A stretch of 64,000 bases of DNA. Origin: Dendrobates tinctorius (lineage: Eukaryota). Shown here in pieces: positions 13,140 through 26,041 of this stretch. The notes beneath the pieces were generated by a model, which saw nothing but the letters and a program-made list of their open reading frames with translations, made no database searches and was not told the origin of the DNA. Location: positions 17,980,001 through 18,044,000 of the forward strand of contig NW_027361696.1 in the NCBI RefSeq assembly GCF_039654945.1, read 5' to 3'. Position 1 is the stretch's first letter. Each line of letters begins with the position of its first letter. The position numbers were made by a program, and so were the translations under genes.

Positions 13140-13538
13140 CATCTTGAAAAGGCCACACTGCTAGTTTTCGGAGAGTCCAGTATTTCAGCTGGTGTTATTT
13201 CTTAGTTTTTCTTAGCATCCCGAACAATTTTCCTGGCATTTGTCACAGGTGAGGATGTTACCCTTTAGTAGCCATTCAAACCCATTTGTGTCAATTTCTG
13301 TGCATATTATCAGGCCAAAATCACCAGGGCATGTGAACTTTAGATCAGGGTCATTAGGATGTTTTGGATTGTCATTATGATTTAAAAATAGAAAACCCAG
13401 TAGCTTGACAATAAATGGCTTCACCCAACCCCTTACCATGAGTGGAGAAAAAGTTTTGGTGCAATCATTCATACTTTCTGAAAAAAGGCCAAGAAAGCAA
13501 AAATTCTGATGGGGTATGTAAATTTATGAGCACAACTG
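13140..13538. mobile_element. End of a second, different Tc1-like element
   Basis: Terminates in GGGTATGTAAATTTATGAGCACAACTG (reverse complement CAGTTGTGCTCATAAATTTACATACCC, a Tc1-style TIR), followed by a TA run. Confidence 0.6.
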
Positions 13539-13749
13539 TGTATATATATTGTGGTACAGTAAAGGGTGTTTTACTGGATGGGGGATACATTTCTCCCAGC
13601 AGGTTAATGTTTGCGATGATGTCATGGTCACGTGATCAGCCCATGTGATGTTTACCTCACTTGTAGGAGGGGTTATGGGCTATGTAATGGAGGTTGGTGT
13701 TTGGCACATGGTGAGTGTGTCTGGAAGTTACAGGAACTTGGCTAGACTA

Positions 13750-14107
13750 AAGCCCCCGTTACACACTGCGATATCGCTGTAAAGTCACCGATTTTGTGAC
13801 GTTGCAGCGATATCGCTACATGTGATACTTACCTCCGACCGGCTCCCCCGCTGGTTATCGCTGATCGCGCGAGAAGCTGCTGGACCATTCCTCGTCGTCC
13901 ACTTCCTGCTGTGACGACGAGCGACGCGTGGACGCAGGATCGCCTCGTCTGACAGGTAAGTAGCGATCCCCGTCCCCTGCGATGTCGCTGGTGAGATCTG
14001 CCAGAGTGGCACCTCACTAGCGACCACCTAGCGATTCACCAGCGATCCTGACCACGTCATATCGCTGGTCGGGATCGCTGGTGAGTCGCTAGGTGTAACG
14101 GTCCCCT
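13750..14107. mobile_element. Harbinger/PIF-like MITE, copy 3, inserted in the Gypsy 5' LTR
   Basis: Interrupts GGACTTAGCCTGAAC, which is intact in the 3' LTR; TAA/TTA flanks; same family as 4950-5324 and 5685-6063. Confidence 0.88.
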
Positions 14108-16945
14108 TAGCCTGAACTTATATACAGAATCCCCGTGCTGCAGGACTATAGCAGCAAGACTCTCAACAACCCTGGGAATGGCACCTGGCGGATGCTGCGG
14201 ACCTGGCAGCCGCTTAGTTAAGCCCGTCCCATGCAAGGGGTGAGTCTGGGACCAGTGGTTCTCCAAGCTGGAGTATATTTATGTTTTTCCTTACTTTCTG
14301 TTAAACCTGCTGTTTGCAGAGGCCATGCGACAGCAGCAGCAGGAGGCCATGCGTCAGCAGGCTATGCAGCAGCAGCAGGAAACCAATCAGCTGTTGATAC
14401 AGCATATCCCGACAGCGCAGACAAAAGGAACTAACCGGGGAATCCATGATGTCCGGAAAGCGGTTCGTACAGCGGTGCCCAAAATGGAAGTCGGACGATG
14501 TGGAGGCGTACCTGGAGATGTTCGAAGGAGTCGCTGAGAGAGAGAAGCTGCCCCGGCACCAGTGGGCAGAAATCATCACTCCGTTTCTGGCCCCAGGACC
14601 TTTGAAAGCGTATCAGGACCTACCCACGAAGCAAAGGGCGGACTACACAGTTGTCAAGGGTGAAATACTGGCACGTCTTGGGGTAAATGTGTTAGTTCGG
14701 GCCCAGCAGGTACACCAGTGGGAGTTTACCCCCTCGAAGCCGGCTCGGTCCCAGTATTACGACCTGATGCACCTGTTATGGAAAGTGGTTGAAGCCTGAG
14801 GTGTTGTCCCCCATGGCCATGCTGGACTGCATAGTGACTGATAAGTTTTGGAGGGCTTTGCCCCCCTCCCTCCAGACATGGGTCGGACAGGCATCCCCTA
14901 CTAATGCCATGCAAATGATAGACCTCATAGAAAGGAATGGGGCTACCAAAGAGCTACAGGGAGGGACTCCCCGGAAGGTAACAGGAAGGTTCCCAAAGTC
15001 TCCACCCCTGGTTCGGCGAGCGGAGCCCAGGTAGGCCGCTCTGGACTTATCGGAGAATGTAAGGAGCCCTATAATCTGCTGGCGGTGCCAGGAATTAGGT
15101 CATATGAGAGCTGATTGCCCCCCCGGCTGAGCCCATGGACACAAACTTTGGGTACCGCCAGTCTCACTATGCCAAACCGATGTGTGCAATGGGCACTCCG
15201 AAAGGTCCCAATATGGAACATTTGTGTCGGGTTGAAGTGGAAGGCACCCCGGCTGTAGCCCTATTGGACTCAGGGAGTCATGTAACCCTGGTACGAGCCA
15301 GCTGGATACAAACCAGCGAGTATACAGGTCGGAAAATAGGGGTGTTGTGTATACATGGGGACTTAAAAGACTATCCCACCGCACTAGTGGTGATAAACAT
15401 GCCAGTGGGAAGGCAGTGCCACGAGGTGGGGGTTGTGACTAATCTGCATTATGAAGTGATAATTGGAAGAGACTTTCCTTTATTTTCTGTGCTTTGGCCA
15501 TCTGTTGTCCCACCCATGGAGCAACTGCCGGCACCAGAGGCAACCAGGTTACATTCTCCAGAAGTAGGGCATGAACCTGGTGGCCCAGAGGAAGAAGTGC
15601 TGGCGGTAGGGGTAACCTTCCCTTCGGTGGAGAAGGGGAAGAATTCTCCCATAGAAGTATTGGCTGGAGAGGTGGAAGACTTGCCGCCGAGACCAGAGTT
15701 GTCAGACTTGAATGTAGCAGGTGACAATTTTGGTACGTCGCAACTCCGAGACCCTACTTTGGCCCGGGCCAGAGAAAATGTACTGTTTGTTAATGGGGAA
15801 CCCCCTTTATGTCAAAAATTTTGAAGGAACTCTGCCGTTTACTAAATGTTAAACAGTTGCGCACATCGATCTATCATCCCCAAACAGATGGTCTGGTAGA
15901 AAGATTCAATAAGACGCTGAAGAACATGTTAAAAAAGGCAGTTTCCAAAGATAGGAAGGACTTAGATCTCTTATTGCCATATTTGTTGTTTGCAGTGCAT
16001 GAGGTGCCTCAGGCATCTACGGGGTTCTCGCCCTTTGAACTATTGTATGGCATACATCCACGGGGCTTACTCGATATAGCCAAAGAGGCCTAGGAGAACC
16101 AACCTACCCCCCACATAAGTGTGATAGAACATGTGTCAAAAATGCAAGAAAGAATGGAGACAGTCCTACCCTTAGTCTGGGAACATATAGAGGCAACACA
16201 ACAGTCACAGAGTCGGGTCTATAACCGGGGGGCTCAGGTGTTGGTACTTGTGCCTACCGTAGATAGCAAATTTCTTGCAAGGTGGCAGGGACCCTACGAG
16301 ATCATGGAAAAGGTGGGGCCATTAGACTACAAGGTACACCAGCCAGAACGGAGAAAGCCAGAATAGGTTTACCATGTTAATTTGCTTAAACCATGGAAAG
16401 ATAGAGAAAACCTTGGTGGGGATAGTCCGCGGCCTGCGTTTCAGATGGAGAAGGCTCCATCACCTCGGGGCGAGGCAGGAGAAGCCCAACCCACAGTCAA
16501 ATTTGCAGACACTTAGTCTCCTAGACAGGTTCAGGAGGTCCGGGAGTTCGTTAGCCGAAATACAGAAGGATGTTTTTTCGGAGCTCCCCGGACGCACCTC
16601 CCTGATTCAACATGACATTGTCATGGAGCCACAGGCCAAAGTCAGACTAAAGCCATAATCGGGTGCCTGAGGCCTGGCGACAAGCCATCTCGGAAGAGGT
16701 AAAAACTATGCTACAGTTAGGGGTCATAGAAGAGTCTCAAAGTGAGTGGGCCAGCCAAATAGCCTGATGGGTCTCTAAGATTCTGTAATGATTTTAGAAA
16801 ACTTAATGACATTTCAAAGTTTGACGCCTACCCTATGCCTTGGGTTGACGAGTTGATAGAGCAATTTGGGCAGGCACGGTATTTTACAACTCTGGACCTC
16901 TCAAAAGGTTATTGGCAGGTACCCCTAGCAGAGGTGGCAAAGGAA

Positions 16946-19900
16946 AAATAAGGATTTTTGTGTACTCAACGTAAAATCCTTTTCTCCGAGCCATTCATTG
17001 GGGGACACAGATACCGTGGGTGTTATGCTGCCTGCCACTAGGCGGACACTAAGTAAACCAGAAAAAAAGTTAACTCCTCCCCTGCAGTATATACCCTCTC
17101 GCTGGATGAGATTTCTCCAGTTTTGTGAAAAAAGCAGTAGGAGCTTAAACAGTTCAACAAAAACCATAACTATGTCATAACATAAAGCTGCTACAATGAG
17201 CCAGTAGGCTAAACAGGGTGGGTGCTGTGTCCCCCAATGAAGGGCTTGGAGAAAAGGATTTTACAGTGAGTACACAAAAATCCCTATTTCTCCTATGTCT
17301 CATTGGGGGACACAGATACCGTGGGATGTCCTAAAGCAGTCCCTGGGTGGGGAGCATATATCTGCTAATACTCCATGTATCACTGAGTCAACTCTGAGGT
17401 ACTGCCGATTGCAGGATGCGTCTGCCGAGAGCTGCATCCGCAGAGGCCTGAGAATGAATTTGGTAATGCTTTGTAAAAGTATGCGGGCTGAACCAAGTCG
17501 CAGCCTTGCAGACCTGTACTGTCGAGGCTTGGTGCCGAATGGCCCAAGAGGCGCCCACTGAGCGGGTAGAGTGCGCTTTAATCCCTGCTGGGACAGGCAT
17601 GTTCCTGACACGGTAAGATTGTTGAATCGCTAAGCGTATCCATCTGGCTATCGTTGCCTTTGAAGCGGCTAGACCCTTCTTATGCCCTTCTGGAAGTATG
17701 AACAGGGCATCTGACTTGCGGAAGGGAGCTGTGTGCGAGATGTACCGTCTCAGGGCCCTAACCACATCCAGAGTGTGGAGGGCTTTCTCAATACGATGGA
17801 CTGGTGCCGGACAAAAGGAAGGCAAAACAATGTTCTCATTGAGATGGAAAGAGGATACGACCTTGGGTAGGAAGGACGGAGACATCCTGTAAACTGCCTT
17901 GTCCTGATGAAAATTCAGGAACGGGGGGCGGCAGGACAGAGCCGCCAATTCTGAAACTTGTCTCATTGACGTAATTGCCACTAGAAAGACCACCTTCCAA
18001 GAGAGAACAGTCAGTGGTACATCGTGGAGGGGTTCGAAGGGAGCCTCCTGTAGGGCCCCAAGAACCAGGTTAAGGTCCCATGGTTCCAATGGCCTTCTAT
18101 AAGGAGGCGCCACATGGGCAACTCCCTGAAAGAAAGTCTTGACTTGAGGTTTGGTGGCAAGTCTGCGTTGGAATAGCACTGACAAGGCTGAAATTTGGCC
18201 TTTGAGCGAGCTAAGCGCGAGGCCCGACTTTAGTCCGGATTGAAGGAATTCCAATATAGTAGGAATGGAAAACGCCCTAGGGGATCGGCCATGATCCTTG
18301 CACCACGAGAAAAAGGTTTTCCAGGTGCAGTGATAGATGCGCATGGACACGGGATTCCTAGCACTCATCATTGTGGAAATCACGTCGTGAGAGAACCCAG
18401 CCTTTGTTAAAATCCAAGATTCAACAGCCACGCCGTCAAAGACAGGGCCCTGGAGTTCTGGTGGTAAATCGGACCCTGAGAAAGAAGATCCGGGCGATCT
18501 TGAAGTCGCCAGGGAACGTCGGCGACTAGGTGAATCAGTTCTGCATACCAGGCGTGGCCAATCTGGAGCGACAAGAATCACAGATACTACTCCTGTTCTG
18601 ATTTTTTTGATGACCCTCAGGATCAAGGGAAGATGGGGAAAGATGTACGGGAGCTGAAAACGGTGCCACGGCAGAACTAAGGCGTCCGCACCGATGGCGC
18701 ATGGATCGCGTGATCGGGCGATGAATTGAGGAACTTTGTTGTTTAGTCTCGAAGCCATGAGATCCACATCCGGAGTCCCCCAACGATGGCAAATCTGCTG
18801 AAAAACCTCCGGATGAAGAGACCACTCTCCCGAGGCAAGGCCTTGGCGACTGAGAAAATGTGCCGCCCAATTCTTTACGCCCGGGATGTGGACTGCCGAG
18901 ATGGGCGAATGATTGGTCTCGACCCAACGGAGGATGTGACTCACTTTGTGCATGGCCATCCTGCTCAGAGTACCCCCCCTGGTGGTTGATATACGCCACA
19001 ACCGTGGCGTAGTCGGATTGGATCCTGATGGAGTGGCCTGCAAGGAGATGGTGAAAAGTCCGTAGGGCTAATCTGTTTGCTCGAATCTCTCGGATGTCGA
19101 TGGGGAGACGACTCTCGAGGAGACCACCGACCCTGTGCCGTGTGGTGACGAAAAACCGCACCCCAGCCCAGAAGACTTGCGTCGGTGGTTACTACCAACC
19201 ATTGTACTGGGAGAAAGGACTTCCCTTGATTCAGGGAGGATTTCAGAGTCCACCACTTGAGGGCTTGTCTGACTTGCAGAGACAGAAGGAACCGACGGTC
19301 CAGGGAGAACAGGTTCTTGTCCCAGGCTAACAGAAGCGCATGTTGCAAGGGGTGAAGATGGAACTGAGCGAACAGGACAGCTTTCCATCGCTGCTACCAT
19401 CTGACCGATAACTCTCATGCTGAAACGAATGGAGCGAGAAACTGGTCGAGAAAGAGACCGCACTGCTTGTTGTAAGGCTCGGGTCTTCTCGGAAGGGAGA
19501 ATGACCAACCCACGGGAAGTGTCCAAGATCATTCCGAAAAGGGAAATCTGTTGAGCCGGCTTTGGGAAGGACTTTTCAAAGTTTATTTTCCAGCCCAGGC
19601 GAGAAAGTGTATTTACTGATATTTCCACGGATTCCTCGCAGGCTGGAAGGGACGGACCCTTGATGAGCAGGTCGTCCAGATACAGTAACACTACCACTCC
19701 CCGAGAGTGAAAAATGGCCATGACAGCCGCCATGACCTTGGTAAATACCCTAGGGGCGGTGGCGAGTCCGAAGGGCAAGGCAGCGAACTGGAAGTGTTCC
19801 TCGTGAATTGCAAAATGTGGGAACTGCTGGTGGGACGGGGAGATCGGAATGTGAAGGTAAGCTTCCTTGATGTCAATGGACGCTAGGAACTCTCCTTTTT

Positions 19901-22328
19901 CCATGGAAGCGACAATTGATCAGAGAGATTCCATTCGGAACCGCCGTACCTTGACAAACTGATTTAACAGTTTGAGATCCAGTATGGGCCGCATCGTCCC
20001 GTCTTTCTTTGGAACCACAAAAAGGTTTGATTAAAAACCTCTGAACCGTTCGTCCTGAGGGACCGTAATGTTGGCTCCAATTTTTTGCAGCGTCTGATCA
20101 GCCCGAAGGAATGCTGTTGTCTTCTTCTTGGGGGTAAGGATGGGAAGAAACGTGTTGGCGGAGTTCCCTGACCCACTTGTCGTGGACAACCGCGAGCCAG
20201 GTGTTGCTGAAGGAAAGTAGATGACCGCCTACTTTGCCGTCGTCCGCCGGATACCGCAACAAGTCATTGCGTAGATTTGTGGGATAGGGATCCCCGAGAT
20301 CCGGATGCCCTGGGTCTGGGCTTCCAAGAGAGATTAGGTCTGTATGAGACCTTGGGGCCTCTGTCTCCGTGCGGGGGCCGACCGGAGTCGGAAGAGAAGG
20401 TAGAGGAGGACCAACCGGCGTTATTGCGAAAAGATCGAAAACGCGTCGGCTGTTGGTTCTGAAACGGCAGAACAGCCCTTTGTTGAGGAAGGAATTTACT
20501 TTTTTCCCCCGGTAGTATGAGATGAGCTGGTCCAGTTTCTCTCCAAAAAGGCGACCAGTTTGATAGGGTAGAGAAGTCAGCGATCTTTTAGACCTGGCGT
20601 CCGCTCGCCAGTCGCGGAGCCATAGGGCTCTTCTAATGGAGATTGCATTAGCGGCAATATGAGCAGCACCATTGGCGGCATCAAATCAGGCGTCAACTAC
20701 AAAATCCCCTGCGTGAACCATCTGCCTGGCGATGCTGGTAGCCTCCGGAGGGAGATTACTACCTTGAAAGGCAGGGATTAAGACTTCTGTCCAAGCGGCC
20801 ATAGCCTTTGTGACCCAGATCGTTGCAAACGATGGAAAAAGCACCGCTCCTGAAGCTTCAAAAACTGAGCGGGCGAGGTAATTAATACGACGATTGGAGG
20901 GATTTCTGACTGAGGAGCCTTCCGAAACAGATAGGAGCGTTTTAGAAGCCAGCGGCGATACCGGAGGGTCCACAGAAGGGGACTGCAACCACTCTTTCAT
21001 TTGGTCTGGGTCAAAAAGGTATTTAGCCTCAATAGACTTTTGCCCTGTGAACCTCTTATGTGGTCGATCCCTATGTTTCTGGACAATGTCCTTAAAATCC
21101 AGGTGGCTGGTAAATAATTTGCGTACACGTTTGGTCCTTTTAAACGAAAAAGCGTGTACTGGAGGGGGAGTATTTTCCTCCTTCAACTCCAGAATCCTGT
21201 TGATGGATTCTATAAGTGAATCAAGCGACTCTTGGTAAGGTGGAGGATTCTGGGGGGCTGACGCGTCAGATTCGAATTCAGAGTCGTACTGGCTGCGACC
21301 ATTAGGGGAAGGAGAGCGAGAAACAGAACTCGCCGGTGAAGCACGAGCATGACTGGGGATGCGTCATGGGTCCGCTTTCTAGCTTGACTGTCCCTTGAAC
21401 AAGTACGGCCCCTGCTGGTGGACGGTTCCCCGCCGTCGCCAGAGCCCTGCTTAAAGAGGCTTCCCGGAGAGTCTATAGCCTGGGTCAGTGACTCTACTGA
21501 CCGTGACAGGGACGCAGCCCACTCAGGGGGACTAAATGCAGAAAGATCCGCAGCAGCGGCGGCGAGAGGCGTCTGAGCGCAGGTCGCGTCGCAGTCCGTG
21601 CATAACGGATTAGTCTGGGCGATGGGCAAAGTAGATTTGCAAGGACGCTGAGCGCGGGGGGGGGGGGGCGCCGCTGACGCTAATTTCTCCCGGGGACAGG
21701 ACCCGACCCCGTACCTCTACTCCAGTGCTCAATTCAGCGCCGAGTCCATTTTTCTCATCCTGGGGTGATGTAGCAGAGCTGGAGTTCTTCTTGAAGGGGG
21801 ATGCTCGATCGGTCCTCCCTCTGGGCAGGGGGACAGAGAGCTTAAAGAGGTATGCTCAGTTGGTCCTCCCTATGGGAAGGGGGACGGAGAGCTATGGGAC
21901 TGATTCAGGGCTGAAGAAAGCGCTCCATAATGGGTCTCCTGCGCTTGCCCTCGAATCTGTGAAATCGGTAAGAAAATCAGCCCCGTTCGTCGCACGAAAG
22001 TGTACGTGAAGGGTTACTCCACGTGCTTGCCTGTTGTTGGTTCGGGGGAGAGCGGGCCGTAGAAAGGAACCGTCGCCCCCTTCACTCCGTTAATTAAAAA
22101 ATAAAAATTTACAGAAAAATTCAAAAATAAAATAAAAACTTTGGGGTCTGAAACTAGACCCAAGTGCCTCCTACAGACACTAAGCAAAGAACTGGAGAAA
22201 TCTCATCCAGCGAGAGGGTGTAAACTCCTCCCCTGCAGTAAACTTTTTCTGGTTTACTTAGTGTCCTCCTAGTGGCAGGCAGCTAAACACCCACGGTATC
22301 TGTGTCCCCCAATGAGGCGTAGGAGAAA
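16946..22328 (-). mobile_element. DIRS1-like tyrosine-recombinase retrotransposon (gag, RT/RH, adenine methyltransferase-like domain, YR) nested in the Gypsy RT
   Basis: Inverted terminal repeats (about 16990-17125 and 22185-22328); internal complementary region near 17225-17330; RT YLDDLLI (19068-19904); RH TTDASLLGWGA; [17 protein letters not shown]; YR HSTR...W...FTKHY (17388-19043). It splits the Gypsy RT motif AKEK|TAFVTP. Confidence 0.94.
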
Positions 22329-24985
22329 ACGGCTTTTGTAACACCCGAGGGGCTGTACCAGTATAAGGTGTTACCCGTTGGGTTGCATGGCGTACCAGCA
22401 ACATTCCAGCGATTAATGGATATTGTTCTCCGTCCCCATCGCCACTATGCCTCAGCCTATCTAAACGATATTATTGTGTACAGCACCGACTGGGAAAGTC
22501 ACTTAGCAAAAGTACAGGCAGTGATAGACTCTCTGCAACAAGCAGAGCTAAATGCCAACCCAGAGAAGTGTTCCATAGCTTTGGAGGAAGCTCGGTACTT
22601 GGGTTACGTCATTGGGAGAGGAGTTCTCAAGCCTCAAGTAAACAAAGTGGAAGCAAATCAGAACTGGCCCCGTCCCTTCACAACAAAACAGGTAAAAGCC
22701 TTTTTAGGTTTGGTGGGATATTACAGGCGGTTCATTCCAAACTTTGCAACCCTGTCTGCGCCTTTAACAGACTGCTTAAAAGGGAGGAAATCTGTGATGG
22801 TCCACTGGAATGATCAGTTAGAGGAGGCCTTTACAAAGTTAAAAGGGGTACTGTGTGGTACACCAGTCCTGATCACTCCAAATTTCAAGAGTTCGCTGTG
22901 CAGATGCCTCTGAGATAGGGCTCAGGGCCGTGCTGTCTCAGGAGGTTAACGGGGAAGAGCATCCCGTTAGTTTCCTAAGCCGGAAGCTTACCCCAGCTGA
23001 AACCAGGTACAGTATTGTGGAGAGTGCCTGGCCATCAAGTGGGCACTGGAGTCATTGCGCTACTATTTGCTGGGGAGAACATTTAGATTGGTGACAGATC
23101 ATTCCCCTTACGTGGATGAGTCAAGCTAAGGAGAGGAATGCCCGAGTCACCAGGTGGTTCCTGTGCCTGCAAAATGTTTAAATTTCAGTAGAACATCGGG
23201 CAGGCAGACTACAGGCAAATGCAGATGCCCTGTCCAGAGTTCACTGTATGTCATATGTCCACCACCTTAGGGTTGAACATAGGAGGGAGGTATGTGGTAC
23301 AGTAAAGGGTGTTTTACTGGATGGGAGATACATTTCTCCCAGCAGGTTGTTTGGCCGGGCTTTTCCCTAAAGACAGGACCTGCGATGATGTCATGGTCAC
23401 GTGATCAGCCCATGTGATGTTTACCTCAATTGTAGGAGGGGTTATGGGCTATGTAATGGAGGTTGGTGTTTGGCACATGGTGAGTGTGTCTGGAAGTTAC
23501 AGGAACTTGGCTGGACTTAGCCTGAACTTATATACAGGATCGCCGTGCTGCAGGACTCTAGCAGCAACTCTCAACAGCCCTGGGAATGGCACCTGGCGGA
23601 TGCCGCGGACCTGGCAGCCACTTAGGCCCGGTGAGTCTGAGACCAGTGGTTCTCCAAGCTGGAGTATATTTATGTTTTTCCTTACTTTCTGTTAAACCTG
23701 CCGTTTGCAACGTGACATTAAACCACTGAAATTGGACTTTAAGCCAGTGTGTGGCCTCGTTACTGCAGCCCTGCCATTACCTACCAGAGCGAATCCCTAC
23801 AATATATGTATATCCTTCTCCATCATTGGCCGTCTGCTCCATGAGTGCAGAGCGGTGATGTGTGCCTGCAGGGAGTCTGTGGTAGTCTGGCCCACACCTC
23901 CAGTCTCAAAATCGGTTCAGACTTCTTTCTCCAACCTCCTCTGATTGGGTGCTGTGTATAACAAGCCCAGCACAAGCTCCCCAGTAAATTGCATGGAGAA
24001 TGGGTCTCTCACAGCAAAGACAGAATGATTGTAATGAATGGATTACTGACCCTCCGGTGAGAACAGGATAACATCAAATAATTGCTGTAATTATTACTTG
24101 GGGGATGAGCCTTAATATGGGGGAGCATTGTGTGTCCGCCATTGCCATCACCGCTCTCCCTGTGAAGGGCCGGGCCCCTGCAGTCATATGATCATTTCAG
24201 AGACAAAAGCGGCTCCAGAGTTATCAGATTTTATTTTCTCCAACAACAAAAAAAATTGGAAATTTTGCATAAAACTTTCCTATGTTCAGATTCTGGGGAG
24301 AAACAAGAACGATATAAATTAAGGACATGGATAATCGAATTCCTGACACTTCACGTGCACACAGCGCAGGGGGCGAGCTGACCAGTACAGGTGGGAATCC
24401 TAATCTCAGCCTCACCCTGTGCTTCTGGTGTAGCATCCAGTGGTACAGAACTTCTGATAATCTGGCACCACCTGAAGTATAGATGTGTTATATAACACAA
24501 TAAAGGGGGCTTCCGGCTCAGGTGGGCGAGCAGCAGGTAACGTACATGAGCAGGATACCGGTCATTTCCAAACACAAGGCGGCAGATAGCAGATGACCTG
24601 ATACCGCTGGCGATGCAGAAGGGAGTGGCACTGCACAGCCCCTTTAATAGTGGTAATTAAAGTGACAGCCTGGTCAAGACCGTCCCTTTATAAATGCTGT
24701 ATACGAAGATTCTGCACAGGGTGCAAATTACTGACCGATACGACCCATCACGAGAATTAAATTTCATCTTATGCCCCCCGGGAATGGAGAGGCAGTCACA
24801 CACTCAGATTACCTATTCCCAGCCACCCATGGAGGTAGAGGGTCTCTAATTCAGCAGCACAGCCAACAAGTAATCAACCTTTTAGAGGGGTTTTCACTTT
24901 GATGGAACCAAACTTACATTGCTGTATTACAAAAAGTTTCTGAAATTTTTTTTCAGTTAGCCATTAAAAGGTATCAACCACTGAG

Positions 24986-25244
24986 TAGAGTTGAGCGACT
25001 TTGGTCGGATCGGGTTTCGTGAAACCCGAATGAAACAAAATAAGTTTCAGATGAAACTCGTCCGACTAGAGCAAAACAAAGTCGGAGTTTCGTCCGAAAC
25101 CCGACCCCAATGCAAGTCAATGGGAAATAAAAGTCGGACGAAACTCCGACTTTTTTTGCTCTAGTCGGACGAGTTTCATCTGAAACTTATTTTGTTTCAT
25201 TCGGGTTTCACGAAACCCGATCCGACCAAAGTCGCTCAACTCTA
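24986..25244. mobile_element. Palindromic hAT-type MITE with 8-bp TSD
   Basis: TAGAGTTGAGCGA...TCGCTCAACTCTA, with near-perfect arms of about 110 bp, flanked on both sides by CCACTGAG. Confidence 0.92.
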
Positions 25245-25671
25245 CCACTGAGGACTCTCAATCCTGAATATTTTTCTATGGAATTTTTTAAGCGTTTTCA
25301 AAATCTCTGCTTTCTGGAAAAACTATTTACAATTCACTGCTAGTTTGCTACAATGTATCAGTGCAGACTGTGACTCGTTGATGTCTATTGAGCGGAGCTA
25401 CTTTATTGTATGTGTTATGTGTGCACACTTTTTATTTTTGCAGGAAAGTAGCCACATTTTTCTGATCTAAAATAATCCCTTTAAGAGAGATTTTTTTATT
25501 GCGTCTTTTCAGGAGCATTTTTCTAATGATGGGCAGTTTGCGCCACCAGTCCGAACTGTGCACTTTCCAATGTTGAAAGCTGAGATCTAGCTGTAGAAAA
25601 AAGAGCTTGTAAGTGCTGCGCTCCTATCTCCAGACCAGCCACCTCTGATAGACTGCAGCGGTGATCGGTAA

Positions 25672-26041
25672 GGGTGGTTTCACATTAGCGTTTCAGGCCG
25701 CAGCGTCGGCCTGCACACGGCCGCCGATAAGCCCCGCCCCCTGCCGCGCCTCCTGCGGTAGCTCCGCCTACAGGCGCATGACACTGCATGTGTCCCCTAT
25801 CTTTAGCAGGTCTGCGTTTTGTGGCGCATGCGTCCTTTTGACGGTGCGCCGTCCAGGACACATGCGCCGCCAAACGCATACCTGTGCACGGCCTGCGCCC
25901 CCAGTGCTAAAGATAGGGGACGCATGCAGCGTCATGCGCCCGTAGGCGGAGCTACCGGAGGAGGCACAGCAGGGGGCGGGGCTTAGCGGCGGCCGTGCGC
26001 AGGCCGACGCTGCGGCCTGAGACACTAATGTGAAACCACCC
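25672..26041. mobile_element. Palindromic Harbinger-type MITE with TAA TSD
   Basis: TAA-GGGTGGTTTCACATTAG...CTAATGTGAAACCACCC-TAA; almost the whole element is an inverted repeat. Confidence 0.9.

Larger units (their letters stand above)
13550..23801 (+). mobile_element. Gypsy LTR retrotransposon of Gmr1 type (gag/SCAN-like, protease, integrase, RT, RNase H), decayed, with nested insertions
   Basis: LTRs begin TGTGGTACAG at 13550 and 23293; the 3' LTR ends TACA at 23801; ATAT target duplication; PPT AGGAGGGAGG at 23281. Domains: SCAN-like gag 14446-15034, CCHC knuckle near 15075-15120, protease LLDSGS, integrase YHPQTDGLVERFN plus GPY (15809-16400), RT (16600-16948 and 22329-22900), RNase H (DAS, to about 23240). 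Confidence 0.93.

Noticed and set aside
14446-15034. Host SCAN zinc-finger gene
   Set aside because: Lies between LTRs, is followed by a CCHC knuckle and protease, is frameshifted and has no C2H2 fingers.
17388-19043. Phage integrase / Dam methylase suggesting a prophage or bacterial contamination
   Set aside because: These are standard domains of DIRS1 retrotransposons, here bounded by ITRs and an ICR.
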